Shown: one piece after another, positions 48,920 through 59,600 of the stretch
How positions within the stretch are numbered: position 1 is the first letter of the stretch
Layout: each line of letters begins with the position of its first letter
Origin: Macrostomum lignano
Taxonomy: Eukaryota
Reading direction: 5' to 3'
NCBI GenBank assembly: GCA_002269645.1
Contig: NIVC01000023.1
Coordinates: forward strand, 868,001-932,000
Length of the DNA stretch: 64,000 bases
Translations under genes and position numbers: made by a program
Notes under the pieces: model-generated
Seen by the model: only the letters and a program-made list of their open reading frames with translations
What the model was told of the DNA's origin: nothing
Database searches by the model: none

Positions 48920-51229
48920 TTAGCCATATTCATGGCGGCAAGAATCCGGTATAACGAGACACAAGTCCTTATCGGGAAAAATATTATTGACTGAAACACA
49001 CTGATGCAGAAAATTACATCCCACTGGAATAGTACAGGTGTTAGAAGACGGGCGGCAAATAAACAAGAAAGTATTTGCTAAACATAATATATCAGCAGCA
49101 ATAGGTACATTGGACAGATTCAAAAAGTCTTGTAAATTGCAGACGTCTAAAAAAATTACATCAGCTAAAATATCGGTGCCATTCAGAAAACGAACTACTT
49201 TGCAGAAACTGCCGTCTTTCAACTGCACAATACATGACCGAGTAGGGGGCAGTTTCGGATAAGAAGTAGCATAAAAGAGACGATTGTTTTGCGCTATTGC
49301 GTAAGCGGATAGAAATCGCCAGCAGGCGGAAGGACTGCTCGATAAAATTCTAAACTTAGAAGTGAGCAGCTCGAAAATGCGGCTGTTAGATTGAGCAGCA
49401 GCTCCCTCCTTAAGACAGAAAGTGCAACATTTTTGCAGAATGAGCTTTTCGCATATTTGCTTGACATGGAATCGAGTCCCTTGAATATAATTCTTTACCG
49501 TTGAAAATTGACTCTCAAATGAGAACATAGAGTATCCTGTTAGAGGACCAAAATTGAGAAGCTGTTCGGGCAAATGACACAGGAGATGAAAATTAATTGT
49601 GTATACATTGGCATCAAATGCAGTTCCTAAAGTTGACATAAAGTGTTGAATTACTTTATCGAGAAGCGCCAAGTAGTGCTCACAGTCTACAGAATTTGCT
49701 ACATGACAAACAAGAGAAAAAGAAAGCAAAGCAATGGCGCATGCCTGATTTTTCCTACTGAAGCAATGGAAAGCAAATATAGGCAATAGATACATTGCAG
49801 CGAACATGTAATCCTTGGCTTTCCACGAAGAGCGAAGCTCTAGACAAAATGGTACTGTTACTGACTTAGGCACGCTGACTCTTTTAAGAGTATCATTAAA
49901 GAAAGGCAGACTTCGCCCAAGGTAGCAACTCAGTTGTCGGTAGGAACCATCAAACATATATTTCATTAGAGTGCCACAACAATTTTCATAAAGAAAGTGC
50001 AACGAATCAAGCAAAATATTTTCCGGAATGCGCACGTACTTCCTAAGAACAGAATCACCCTTAATACCAAAAAGGCTCTTCTCACCAGAGAGACAGACTA
50101 GTTGAACTCGTGATAAATAAACAGCATTCGAAACTGGAGTAGATAAATGAGGCTCAGAATACTTGCGTGCGGATCCATGGCCGACTTTAACAGTACTACC
50201 GGGATTTTCACAGTAAAGGCAACCAAACTCGCCATTAAATTGCTTATGGTTTAGTATGCTAGCCAAGGCAGGAAGATCAAAAGTAGCCGAAAAGAGTTTA
50301 ACACGGAAACGCATAGGCCTGTTTCGAATAGTAAAACAGAACGTTTTTTCAAAAACTGAAGCCAGATGGTCTTCTAGAAACGTTTTCCAGTTAGGCTTCT
50401 TTGCACCAAGAAAGAGAGAAAAAATTAAGAAGTTTTCTGGCTGAAAACGCAAAAATGGTGGAAGATTTAAAATTTGAGCTTGAACAGGCCACAAAGAAGA
50501 GGGAGAATTAGAGTACAAGCTACAGCCATCAGTGGAGAGATGCAAAAAGATTGTAATAACTTGGGCAGTATCATAAATTATCGGACAATTTTTAAGTACG
50601 TCTGTCTTAATAGCTTGGCTTTGGCTAAAATCAACCATGTACTGAAATAGAGACTCGATGATAATTTGAAGCTGGAAGCCTACATCAAAGTGTGCAGTAT
50701 AATTTAAAGGAGCAGCGCAACACCTTTGACTAGCATGAGAAGAACGACGCTGACATGTAGAAATGGAACATGTTTCAAGTAGGGAGAAATGGCTGCAAGC
50801 CATCACAAGACGATCCATGACTCTTTTCACCATTCTCATGGACAGCGAACAAACAACAAAGTTGGCAGCGAAGAAAGATTTTAATATTATGTCCATAGTA
50901 GCGAGAGGAATGTCCCTATTAACTATCAGGAACACGATAAACACGCACAAAAACTCTTTGCGTGCTAAGTCTTTCAAACAGTCGATAGAGAGAATAGCGT
51001 CGGACTCTAGGCTTCCCTCTTCACCAGGAAAAGGCCCAGCTTCATCTAGTTCATCGCATTGCGAGTCCAGAACCAGGACGCTCGGATCTGGCTGCTCATT
51101 GTGGCGAGCCTCTCCAGATTTAGACGCCGTACTAGAGCAGGCGGCCTCAGCAGGTTCCTCATCAAAGTGCTCCAGCTCGAAATCATCATGAAGGCACATG
51201 GATGCAACCGCTTCAAAGAACTCAGCCAT
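48920..51229 (-). CDS. CACTA/EnSpm (Tnp2 / Transposase_21-like) transposase, 769 aa, uninterrupted
   Basis: Motifs LSTDG...SLWPV...ILNLPP..R...N..I..L..G.KKP, TFDLPALA.ILN.KQFNGEFGCLYC, LDSLH, INFHLLCHLPEQL..FGPL...SMFSFES are characteristic of EnSpm-superfamily DDE transposases. Confidence 0.88.
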   Translation of the reverse strand: MAEFFEAVASMCLHDDFELEHFDEEPAEAACSSTASKSGEARHNEQPDPSVLVLDSQCDELDEAGPFPGEEGSLESDAILSIDCLKDLARKEFLCVFIVFLIVNRDIPLATMDIILKSFFAANFVVCSLSMRMVKRVMDRLVMACSHFSLLETCSISTCQRRSSHASQRCCAAPLNYTAHFDVGFQLQIIIESLFQYMVDFSQSQAIKTDVLKNCPIIYDTAQVITIFLHLSTDGCSLYSNSPSSLWPVQAQILNLPPFLRFQPENFLIFSLFLGAKKPNWKTFLEDHLASVFEKTFCFTIRNRPMRFRVKLFSATFDLPALASILNHKQFNGEFGCLYCENPGSTVKVGHGSARKYSEPHLSTPVSNAVYLSRVQLVCLSGEKSLFGIKGDSVLRKYVRIPENILLDSLHFLYENCCGTLMKYMFDGSYRQLSCYLGRSLPFFNDTLKRVSVPKSVTVPFCLELRSSWKAKDYMFAAMYLLPIFAFHCFSRKNQACAIALLSFSLVCHVANSVDCEHYLALLDKVIQHFMSTLGTAFDANVYTINFHLLCHLPEQLLNFGPLTGYSMFSFESQFSTVKNYIQGTRFHVKQICEKLILQKCCTFCLKEGAAAQSNSRIFELLTSKFRILSSSPSACWRFLSAYAIAQNNRLFYATSYPKLPPTRSCIVQLKDGSFCKVVRFLNGTDILADVIFLDVCNLQDFLNLSNVPIAADILCLANTFLFICRPSSNTCTIPVGCNFLHQCVSVNNIFPDKDLCLVIPDSCRHEYG

Positions 51230-52106
51230 TGAGGGTTGAAGTGCTGCAAATGGTGTTTAAAACAGATTTCACTATTAACAGGTAGAACAGTTTTTTTCAG
51301 AGAGAATAAAAATTAGAGCACCATAAAAATGCACGATAGAATATTAAATTATTTTGTTATTCTAGCATCACAAAACCTATAGGTCTTAAAATATTTTAAA
51401 CGGACAAAGAGAAACAAATGAATCAATGTGATTGAGCATACAATGAAAATGTGCACATGATGAATGCCTCCAACGTTTATTGATTATTGAGCTAATGTCA
51501 TAAAAGTAATAAATAATGTCATTAACCAAACAAGAATAAATAATGTTATTAACCAAACAAGAATAAATAATGTCACTAACAAAACAAGGACAAAAATGCT
51601 ATTAAATGGTTATCTAAGGACACATTTGGCTAGTAATAGTCTATAGGAAATCGTGGACCTATTCAGCTTGCCCTAGTATCACTCTTTGAACTGTGATGAC
51701 TTGTGGCTTATTATAGTTTTAATAATTTTTTTCATCATCACTCACTGCTATTGATAAACAATACCAAGTAAAAGTCTGTTCTTTTGAAACATCAATACAC
51801 TTTACTGTCAAAGCTATCACTAGGGCTTGGCATAACTAGCATTTCGGGGGGGGGGTGCAGTCCAAAGGAAAATCATCCTGGACAGTTGCAGATATGGTTC
51901 AAGGGCAGGGCTCCTTTGGTGAGAAATCTGCTTTGTCCCCTCTAAAAATATTTTGGTCCTCCTGCAGAAAGGATTCAATCCCAGACTCCAACTCCTTTGT
52001 TGCACTAGCATAAACAAAAAAGAATGAAAACATTAGCAAAAATTATAATAGTAGTCAACTAGGCCCAAAAGTAAGTCATCAGTGGCACTACAGTTGTCAC
52101 AAATAA

Positions 52107-53351
52107 TTACTTCTTGGTTTCTTTCTTCTTGTCATCACTTTCCTTCTTTCTGTTGGTCATGTCTCGGAACATTTGGTTTAGAGAATTCCTTACGAACTTC
52201 CAAGAATAGCCAGTTCCAAACCAATGGTCAAGAACAGACCTGATAGCTTGAACCGAATCAACATCCATAGCAATCCTTTCACTTCTGCCATGTGGCTCAA
52301 TAATTGTTGTTTCACAAAGCTGTTCACCAAATTTGCGGAGTACAAACTCACGAGCAAAAAGGTTAGGTGGCAATGGTAACTGAGACAGGCGGAAGGGTCG
52401 GCCATCACAACCAGCAATAACTTGATCTTCTTTGCTCACAACCTCATCATTGAAACCAAACCCTTGTCTGAGCAATTCATTTCCTTCTTCCTGTAGCCGG
52501 ATGATCTTTTTCAACAATCCAGTTTGTACTCGAGCCTCAAGCAAAAGCAAATCTGACACTTTAGGCTCAGGTGCTTGAAGTTTGGAACCCTGAGCAAGTG
52601 GGCTTGCTGCAGCAGTGGCTGGCTCTGTAAAAGTCACAAAAGAGCTACTTGGTCTCATACATTGAGCTAGGGCAACATCCTGTGGTTTTCTAGGTGGCGT
52701 AGATGAGTACAAAGGTGCACAGGCACCACTCTTAGCATTAGCAATAAGGTCACAACTTGCACTCTTAGCTTTCTTAAGTGGTGGCTCCACAATCACATTG
52801 CCATAAGACTTGAACAAATCCGCTTCCTTCTGCCTTTCCAAAGACATAGTCTGGCTAGTAATTGTCAAAGGAGGCTTAGAAGTTGTAGACCTGTCATCAG
52901 GTGGCACATAGTTCTCATCATTTTCTTCATCATCACCTTCATTGCTATCACTATCTCCCAAATAGGTAGCAGAGGTTCGTGTTCGTGCATCCAAATCAAC
53001 AGACATTTCATTATCAAGTCTCTCAAAAATTGTCTCAGTACTATAACCTTCTTCAGCAAGGCGGTCAATAGTTCGTTCAGCAATTTTAATTTTTGCATAA
53101 GTGCCGAGCTTCACAATAATGGCATCATGGAATCCATTCTTTTCACGAATCTTGATTTGTTGACGCTCCTTAAATTCCATTTTCTCAGCCTTGTCGAAAT
53201 GGCTAAGAAAGCTAGAATTTATATAAATAGGTCCACTATGGGAATTTGTCTTTGGGAACCAGAGAATGACATGGTCAAAACTTAGAGTTGCAAACTTGTC
53301 AAGCTTGTTGGATGATCTTGAGCGAGAATTAACGTGTCGAGAAGTTTCCAT
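52107..53351 (-). CDS. Transposon ORF2: coiled coil plus C-terminal BEN-like DNA-binding domain, 414 aa
   Basis: Intact ORF inside the TIRs. C-terminal NLFAREFVLRKFGEQL...G...AMDVDSVQAIR.VL..WF....W..VR..LNQMFRD fits the BEN pattern and follows a predicted coiled coil (LLLLEARVQTGLLKKIIRLQEE). Confidence 0.72.
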   Translation of the reverse strand: METSRHVNSRSRSSNKLDKFATLSFDHVILWFPKTNSHSGPIYINSSFLSHFDKAEKMEFKERQQIKIREKNGFHDAIIVKLGTYAKIKIAERTIDRLAEEGYSTETIFERLDNEMSVDLDARTRTSATYLGDSDSNEGDDEENDENYVPPDDRSTTSKPPLTITSQTMSLERQKEADLFKSYGNVIVEPPLKKAKSASCDLIANAKSGACAPLYSSTPPRKPQDVALAQCMRPSSSFVTFTEPATAAASPLAQGSKLQAPEPKVSDLLLLEARVQTGLLKKIIRLQEEGNELLRQGFGFNDEVVSKEDQVIAGCDGRPFRLSQLPLPPNLFAREFVLRKFGEQLCETTIIEPHGRSERIAMDVDSVQAIRSVLDHWFGTGYSWKFVRNSLNQMFRDMTNRKKESDDKKKETKK

Positions 53352-53919
53352 AACATAAAAGATGAATAAATATTTAAGCTTTTTTACTATACCAACGAAA
53401 TCAAATAAACAAAATATAGATCAATACTACTATGATACTAGAGCTATATAGCTATCTATTTTTTGTCAATTAATTAATTACTTTTTCTTAAATAGCTATA
53501 CTGGACATAATGATTATATAGTCTATACTCTATAGACTATTAATATGAACACAATATATTCAATAAAATTTTAATCATGTATCTATTTTCATTACCTTTG
53601 CATGTTTACAATTTTAATGACTTCAGCATTGTGTAAAAAAGAAAATAGCTAGAACATATCAAAATATAGATCCACAGGGTAGCTAGTTTTTACTGTTATA
53701 GCATTGTTGACATGTTGTATAGCCTAACTATAGTAGCTCTACTATAAACTAGGCCTATAGCTAATATAATAGCTATCTAAACATAGCCATACCCATAGCA
53801 TAGGCATAGGTAATAGTTCAATTAAAAAAGGATACCAGTACCAATTAGTATTAGGCCCACCCTTACTGCTTATTATAGTCTAGTAGGCCTGTTGCTTAGC
53901 TAGGCCTACTTCAAGTCTT

Positions 53920-54524
53920 GGTACCTGTCCATTTCGGCGACACCTATTTTGGTGACAGGTCAATTTGGCGACGACCATTTCCTTGACAAATATGATAGAA
54001 AAATTACAAGTATCTACAATACGATAAACTATCCCCAGCTGACATGACCCCCCTAGCAGGCATTTTGTTGAAACTATTGGGCAGAGTACGAAGCCAGCAC
54101 CAGAACTCTTGAGGCGCTGCTTGCATGCAGTGGCATGAATGCACCCGTGGAAGAGTAAACATCATACACGAATTGTAATTTTGAATTGGAATTTTAATTT
54201 TCTTGTTTCTTAAAAACATTAATTTCAAATTATAATTCATTTGTTTTAAGTTTTACATTAAAAATTGTTTTAACATAGTTTTAACAAAGCTTATAAAGTT
54301 TAATGTAAATTGTTTTATACTATAATTCATTTTAACAACACTTAATCAAACCAAAGGTTGTAAATTTGTGTAAGTTCTGAAATGTTTTGTAGCTATGTCC
54401 TATGAGATAAGAATACATTCAAAATCCTATTTAAGAACTGTTGCCGAAATGGTTGTCGCCAAATTTACCTGTCACCAAAATGGGTGTCGCCGAAATGGTT
54501 TGTTGCTGAAATGGACCAGATTCC
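53920..54524. mobile_element. MITE nested inside the CACTA element
   Basis: Inverted arms CCATTTCGGCGACACCTATTTTGGTGACAGGT... at 53929 and ...ACCTGTCACCAAAATGGGTGTCGCCGAAATGG ending 54498; GG...CC termini; flanked by direct repeat (C)AAGTCTT (7-8 bp). Confidence 0.85.
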
Positions 54525-55688
54525 AAGTCTTCAATGTTCAAATTATATTTCAAAACTAGCTATACCTAGTAGCTATTCAAGGTTCCATAGCATAACAATT
54601 CAATTTAATTAAAGTTAGGCCTAGGCCTAAGGTACTTGGTAGCATAGGTATAGACTCATTGGACTACTAGTCTAGAGAGAGCAATTTATTTTATAGTAGG
54701 CCTAAGCAAATACATGCAAATAGAATAAAGAGACAATATAATATATATTATATTATATATGAATAGTACTAGCTTTTGAATAGGATGGAAGTTGAAAATC
54801 TAGAATATAAAGCAGGATTACCAAAAGAAAAAACTGGCATTTAAAATTTCAAAAAGAGCAAACTATTACCCAAAAATGATATCACTATTAAACTTTAAAG
54901 GATTAGGAGTGTTTCAATTTTGATTTGACTTAGAGGCAATATACTATATAGCTAAAAACTAAATATAGCTAAATATAGCTACAATTTTTGAACAGCCCCT
55001 GAATGGACTGAATGAATGAATAACCTGAATCACACAACAAATATTAGGTCCATAATGTAATCATTAGAATGGCATAGCCTTGCCCTTGGCATCTACATTT
55101 GCTTTATGCATTGTGAATGTTAAAAATTAAATTCAGTGCGAAAAGAAAAAACTTTAGACTGAGACTGAATATAAACACACTACGAGAAAGTTAAAAGAAC
55201 AAATGGTTCTGTTCGTACAGATGTTGAAACTTTGAAGAAGAAGCGCCGTCGGAGCCTTCGCTCGCTGTAGTAGTCCACATTTGCCGCAAAGAAAATTATA
55301 CCCGGCAAGACGTTTACTTATTTTGGTTAGATCATTATTTTAATGCGAAGTAAAACAACAACAGTATACATTATCAGAACCTATAAAAATACAGATATTT
55401 TCATTAAATAAATATTGTATATGGTCGTAGAAGTATTTGAATATATAAAAACATAGTAACACTTTTTTCTGCTATGTTCTTATAATCGGATTGCAATTAT
55501 CGCAAGTCCCCAATTTTAACTTGACTACTTATCAGTAGAATAAGACGGTTCTTAGGCACTTATCTAGATTGCAAGCTGATTGCACGAGCGAATTGCAATT
55601 TTTACAATTTTTCCAATTGAATTACAATCACAATAATTAATGGGCAATCCGGTCGTCTAGGGTAAGAACCGGCTGTACAACTCCAGCT

Positions 55689-55720
<32 letters not shown>

Positions 55721-55744
55721 AAGAGAGAGAGAGAGAGAGGAGAG
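55689..55744. repeat. (GA)n microsatellite
   Basis: Seen directly, ~26 bp beyond the right TIR of the CACTA element. Confidence 0.95.
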
Positions 55745-56677
55745 GTCACGGTGTACTACGTACGTATACCTAAACTTTATAATAAATTGAGTTCCAAAAT
55801 ATGGCAACCGCAGTTTTTTAGCTATTTCTATAGCTTGGGCTCTTCGTCAGGCCAAACTTTCGCGTATAATGAAATAATACTAATGGGTTTCAACTATGAT
55901 TTATGTCAGTCTGATAAAATCGGTGAGCTGATGTACACACATGTACATGTACATAACCGCATTTATCTTGCTCTACGTCCAATCGCAGACGTACATTCAA
56001 CGCGCTTATTATATTTGCAGGAACATCGTCTCCTCCAATCAGAAAATTCGACGCTTGTCGCGCTTGGTCACTGGAAAACTATATTTAACTTCTAAGTAGG
56101 ATTTACATTTAAGTCCTAAGTGTCGCGCGAATGGAACTTACATTTACTGTACTGTACATGTAAAATGCATGCACAAATATTATACAACATTCTAATGTTA
56201 CTCGTACTGTACTCTTGATCAAAGCTAAAAGTAAAGCGAATAATTAAGCCAGATAAAAGTGTTGCATAAAAATCCTACAAGTCGATCGTCATGGTCACAG
56301 TGAACCCGACCAAATACAGACAAATTTTCCGCAAATGTTTTTACGACAACGAAGGACTTAATTTGATTGCGTGAAATAGTTTTAACAAAATCGTTTTGTA
56401 AAGAATTTTGTTTAGCAGTTAAATCATAGTTTATTTTAAGACTAACAGCAATTTAAATACTTTTGCTTTAAAAGCTACACAAATTTGTCATTAATTTTTT
56501 GCTTATGTACAATTAAATACTTTTTGAGTTACATACTTTACAGTTAAATTAATTACCGTATCACTTAATTCATTACCACTACTACCGCCGCTATATTTTC
56601 GCAGAATCCTTCTCAATCTCCCACCCGCCAACCGCCAGTGACAAACGGTTATAGTTTTGTGTATATTGAAAATAAAA

Positions 56678-59600
56678 ATGGCTAGATCGCTAGCTTCAGC
56701 ATTGGTTATATTATATATGTCGAATTGCGTCGCAGCTTTTTACTTGCCAGGATTAGCACCTGTGAACTATTGTCAGAAGGACGAACCCAACTGCAAGGTA
56801 TGCATATTTTTCTTGTTTTATTATTAACTTCATTTGTGTTTTGGCGATATTTCTGTCTTACATAAATAGCGAATAAATTGAGCATAGAATTTGGAATTCA
56901 TTTTATTGTGGTTTTTAAAAAAACTAGTATTTTTTATCATATTAACCTGGTCTTTTTATATTTGTTTAAACAAAAGGACCTCTGCTTATAACATAATATT
57001 TAGAAAAGACAAATTTTTACTACTTTATCAGTCTAGATCATGTGTGGTATATGCCAGAAAATTCATTTGTATGCCTACTATATGTGCTGCATGTGTAGTG
57101 CATGCAAAAGATGCAGCCCATAGCATAGTCCAGAAGAGGGGTAATATGCAGGATTAATCCAGTGTATACTCATAACTTTTGGTGTACACTTGGCATACAA
57201 TTATTTTATTATTTTTTAAATCTGGCATACTATCTGGCATATAAAAATGGATAATGAAAAAGTGGCAAATATGTTCCTATACATACATGCCTAACACTTG
57301 TCTAAACTGGACGGGTGAAATGGCCACTGGCCAGGGTAAGTCACAAAATCAAAATTGAAAATTGAATGTAAAAAAACTAAAAATTAGGAGAAAAAAAAAG
57401 AGAAGAAGAGAAAAGGAAAAAAAGGAGAGAGAAGAGAGAGAGGGAAAAGAGGAGAAAGAAAGAGAAAGAGAAAAAAAAGAGAAAAAGGCAAGAAAAGTCA
57501 TATACAAAGTAAAAAATTAAATCACAATCGGGAAGAACTAAGTCACAATTGGGAGAAACTAAGTCACAAATCTGGACAAAACTAAGTTGCACTAGATCAG
57601 TAAAATTTTGAAGTTGTTCATGTATGTTTCTATAGTTGCAGAATCAAATTGTGAAATAAAAGTAAATTTAGATAGAAAGTAATTATTTTGAAAGAATGAA
57701 AGAAGAAATCTTGGCATGTATTGACTTCCCACTGTAAAGAGTATCAGCGAAAAAGCAAAAAAGTGGAACAAAGGAGCAAAAAAGGTCCTTTGGTGCTTTG
57801 CAACACCAGAAACAAAGCTTGTAACAAGCCTTATTTTCTTCTAGGATTACAATTTTTTCTGCATTGGAAAAATTTGGCATACACTCGCGTACCAAATAAA
57901 TTATGAGAGATTTTAGTCTGGTATACATTCAGGGTATTCTGAACTATCGGATGCAAATAATGCCTTAGTAGTCAGAGTTTTGCTCAAGACTTTTGCATGC
58001 TACTATATTCCCTATAGGAAAAATTTGTAAAACTGCGGACGGTGTCCGGCGCACTTTTGAAATTTTTCTAAAGCGCAGCGCGCGCACAGGCACAGCGCCT
58101 GCGCGCGCTGCCCTTTCTTACTGGCTGCTGCTTTAGCAAATACATATACATGGAAATGGGTATAATACCTCTGTTGAAAGGGCTTATACACTCGTAATTT
58201 ATTAAGCTTAGAGATGTTCCGAAAATTCAATTCCAATTTTCCAAAATTTGAAATTTTTTAGAGCGAATTTCAATTTCGAAATAAAATTTAGAAGTGAAAA
58301 TTTTGGTAGTGTCTAAAAAGTCGCTAAAAATAAACTACTTTCTACTACATATACATGTATTACTTTTTGCTTAAGCAGTAAATTGAAAGTAAAAAAGTGA
58401 GTGTTGATCATACTAAACTTTGTTTTTCTGAATTATGATTTCGGGAAATTTCAATTTTGATTTTGGAAAGTTAGCGAATTTTGATTTCGACGAAACTGCA
58501 GATCTTTCGGAACATCTCTAATAATCCTAAAGCGCGGTAAAATAGTTTGACTCTTTTCTAAAGCGCGCGTCCGCGGGTTTTTAACATTTATTCCAATAGG
58601 GACTATATTTAGTACAGCCCATAGCCAAGAAGGTAGCCATTTCGATAGAAAATGTTGGCATATACAAAGGGTCCCTAATGCTTTAGGGATACAATAATTA
58701 AGTTATAATATACATTAAGGTCCTTGATGCATGCAGTGTATACTTTTTGGCAAATTTGTTATTTAATGTAATTTTTAATTAATCTAACTTGAGTTTTCAA
58801 CTGTTAAATTTCTACATGTTTTATATACTCATAGTTTTTATTAGTTAAGATATAGAAATACCACATAGGAATAGCATGCAAATGGTATAGACAGGTAAGA
58901 CAACATATAGATCCTCTCCAAAAAATTATTCTAGCACTTAACCCTTTTGATTATATATGGAGTATGACAGAATTATGGATTTAATACAATAATTGAATTT
59001 TAAAAAATGTAGGCCTAATCATTATTTTTAGAATATATTTTTGCTTCATTTTATTTAGTGACTTGATCAATTAAAGTTTATTTTTCCTATATACCTAAAC
59101 TTATAGTTGTGATTTATTTACATATATAGACAGCAAATTATTATAGATAGCAAATTTCATAATAAATACTATACCATGCATGATTCCATTCTACCATGGT
59201 ACTTTCTATCCTTTTTGCCTTTTGCATACCAGTGCATACCAGGTTTTCAAATTCAAATGAATGCATATTAGTAAATTTCAAGATTCTAGAGATTCTAGAA
59301 TAGATTCCAAATGTAGAATATGTTTGCTTTCATTCTAAAAACCAACCAATTAACCTCATATATATCATATTATAAATTATATTATATATCAAGTTGTTAC
59401 TCAAATAAATCATTAAGAATTATGCAATAAATTGTTTTTTTCTACAGGTGATTTTGTATCTGTTTTCCTTAGGAACTTTTTAGCTACACAAGAGAAGTAA
59501 TTATATTGAATAATGTTTATATATACATTTACAATTTGATAGGTTGAAGCAATATAAAAAACTAGAACATTATCTTATGACATTTACAAGTTTATTTACA

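Larger units (their letters stand above)
48211..55662 (-). mobile_element. Apparently full-length CACTA/EnSpm-type DNA transposon, 7,452 bp, two ORFs
   Basis: 13-bp TIRs CCCTAGTCGACCG and CGGTCGTCTAGGG (1 mismatch), with TA on both flanks. Dense AATTGCAAT-type subterminal repeats at 48225-48435 and 55485-55650. Encloses a Tnp2-like transposase ORF and a BEN-like ORF. Confidence 0.85.

Noticed and set aside
47900-55744. (GA)n tracts on both sides of the CACTA element as part of the element or a split target
   Set aside because: They lie outside the TIRs at unequal distances (~210 bp and ~26 bp) with unrelated intervening sequence; probably coincidental.
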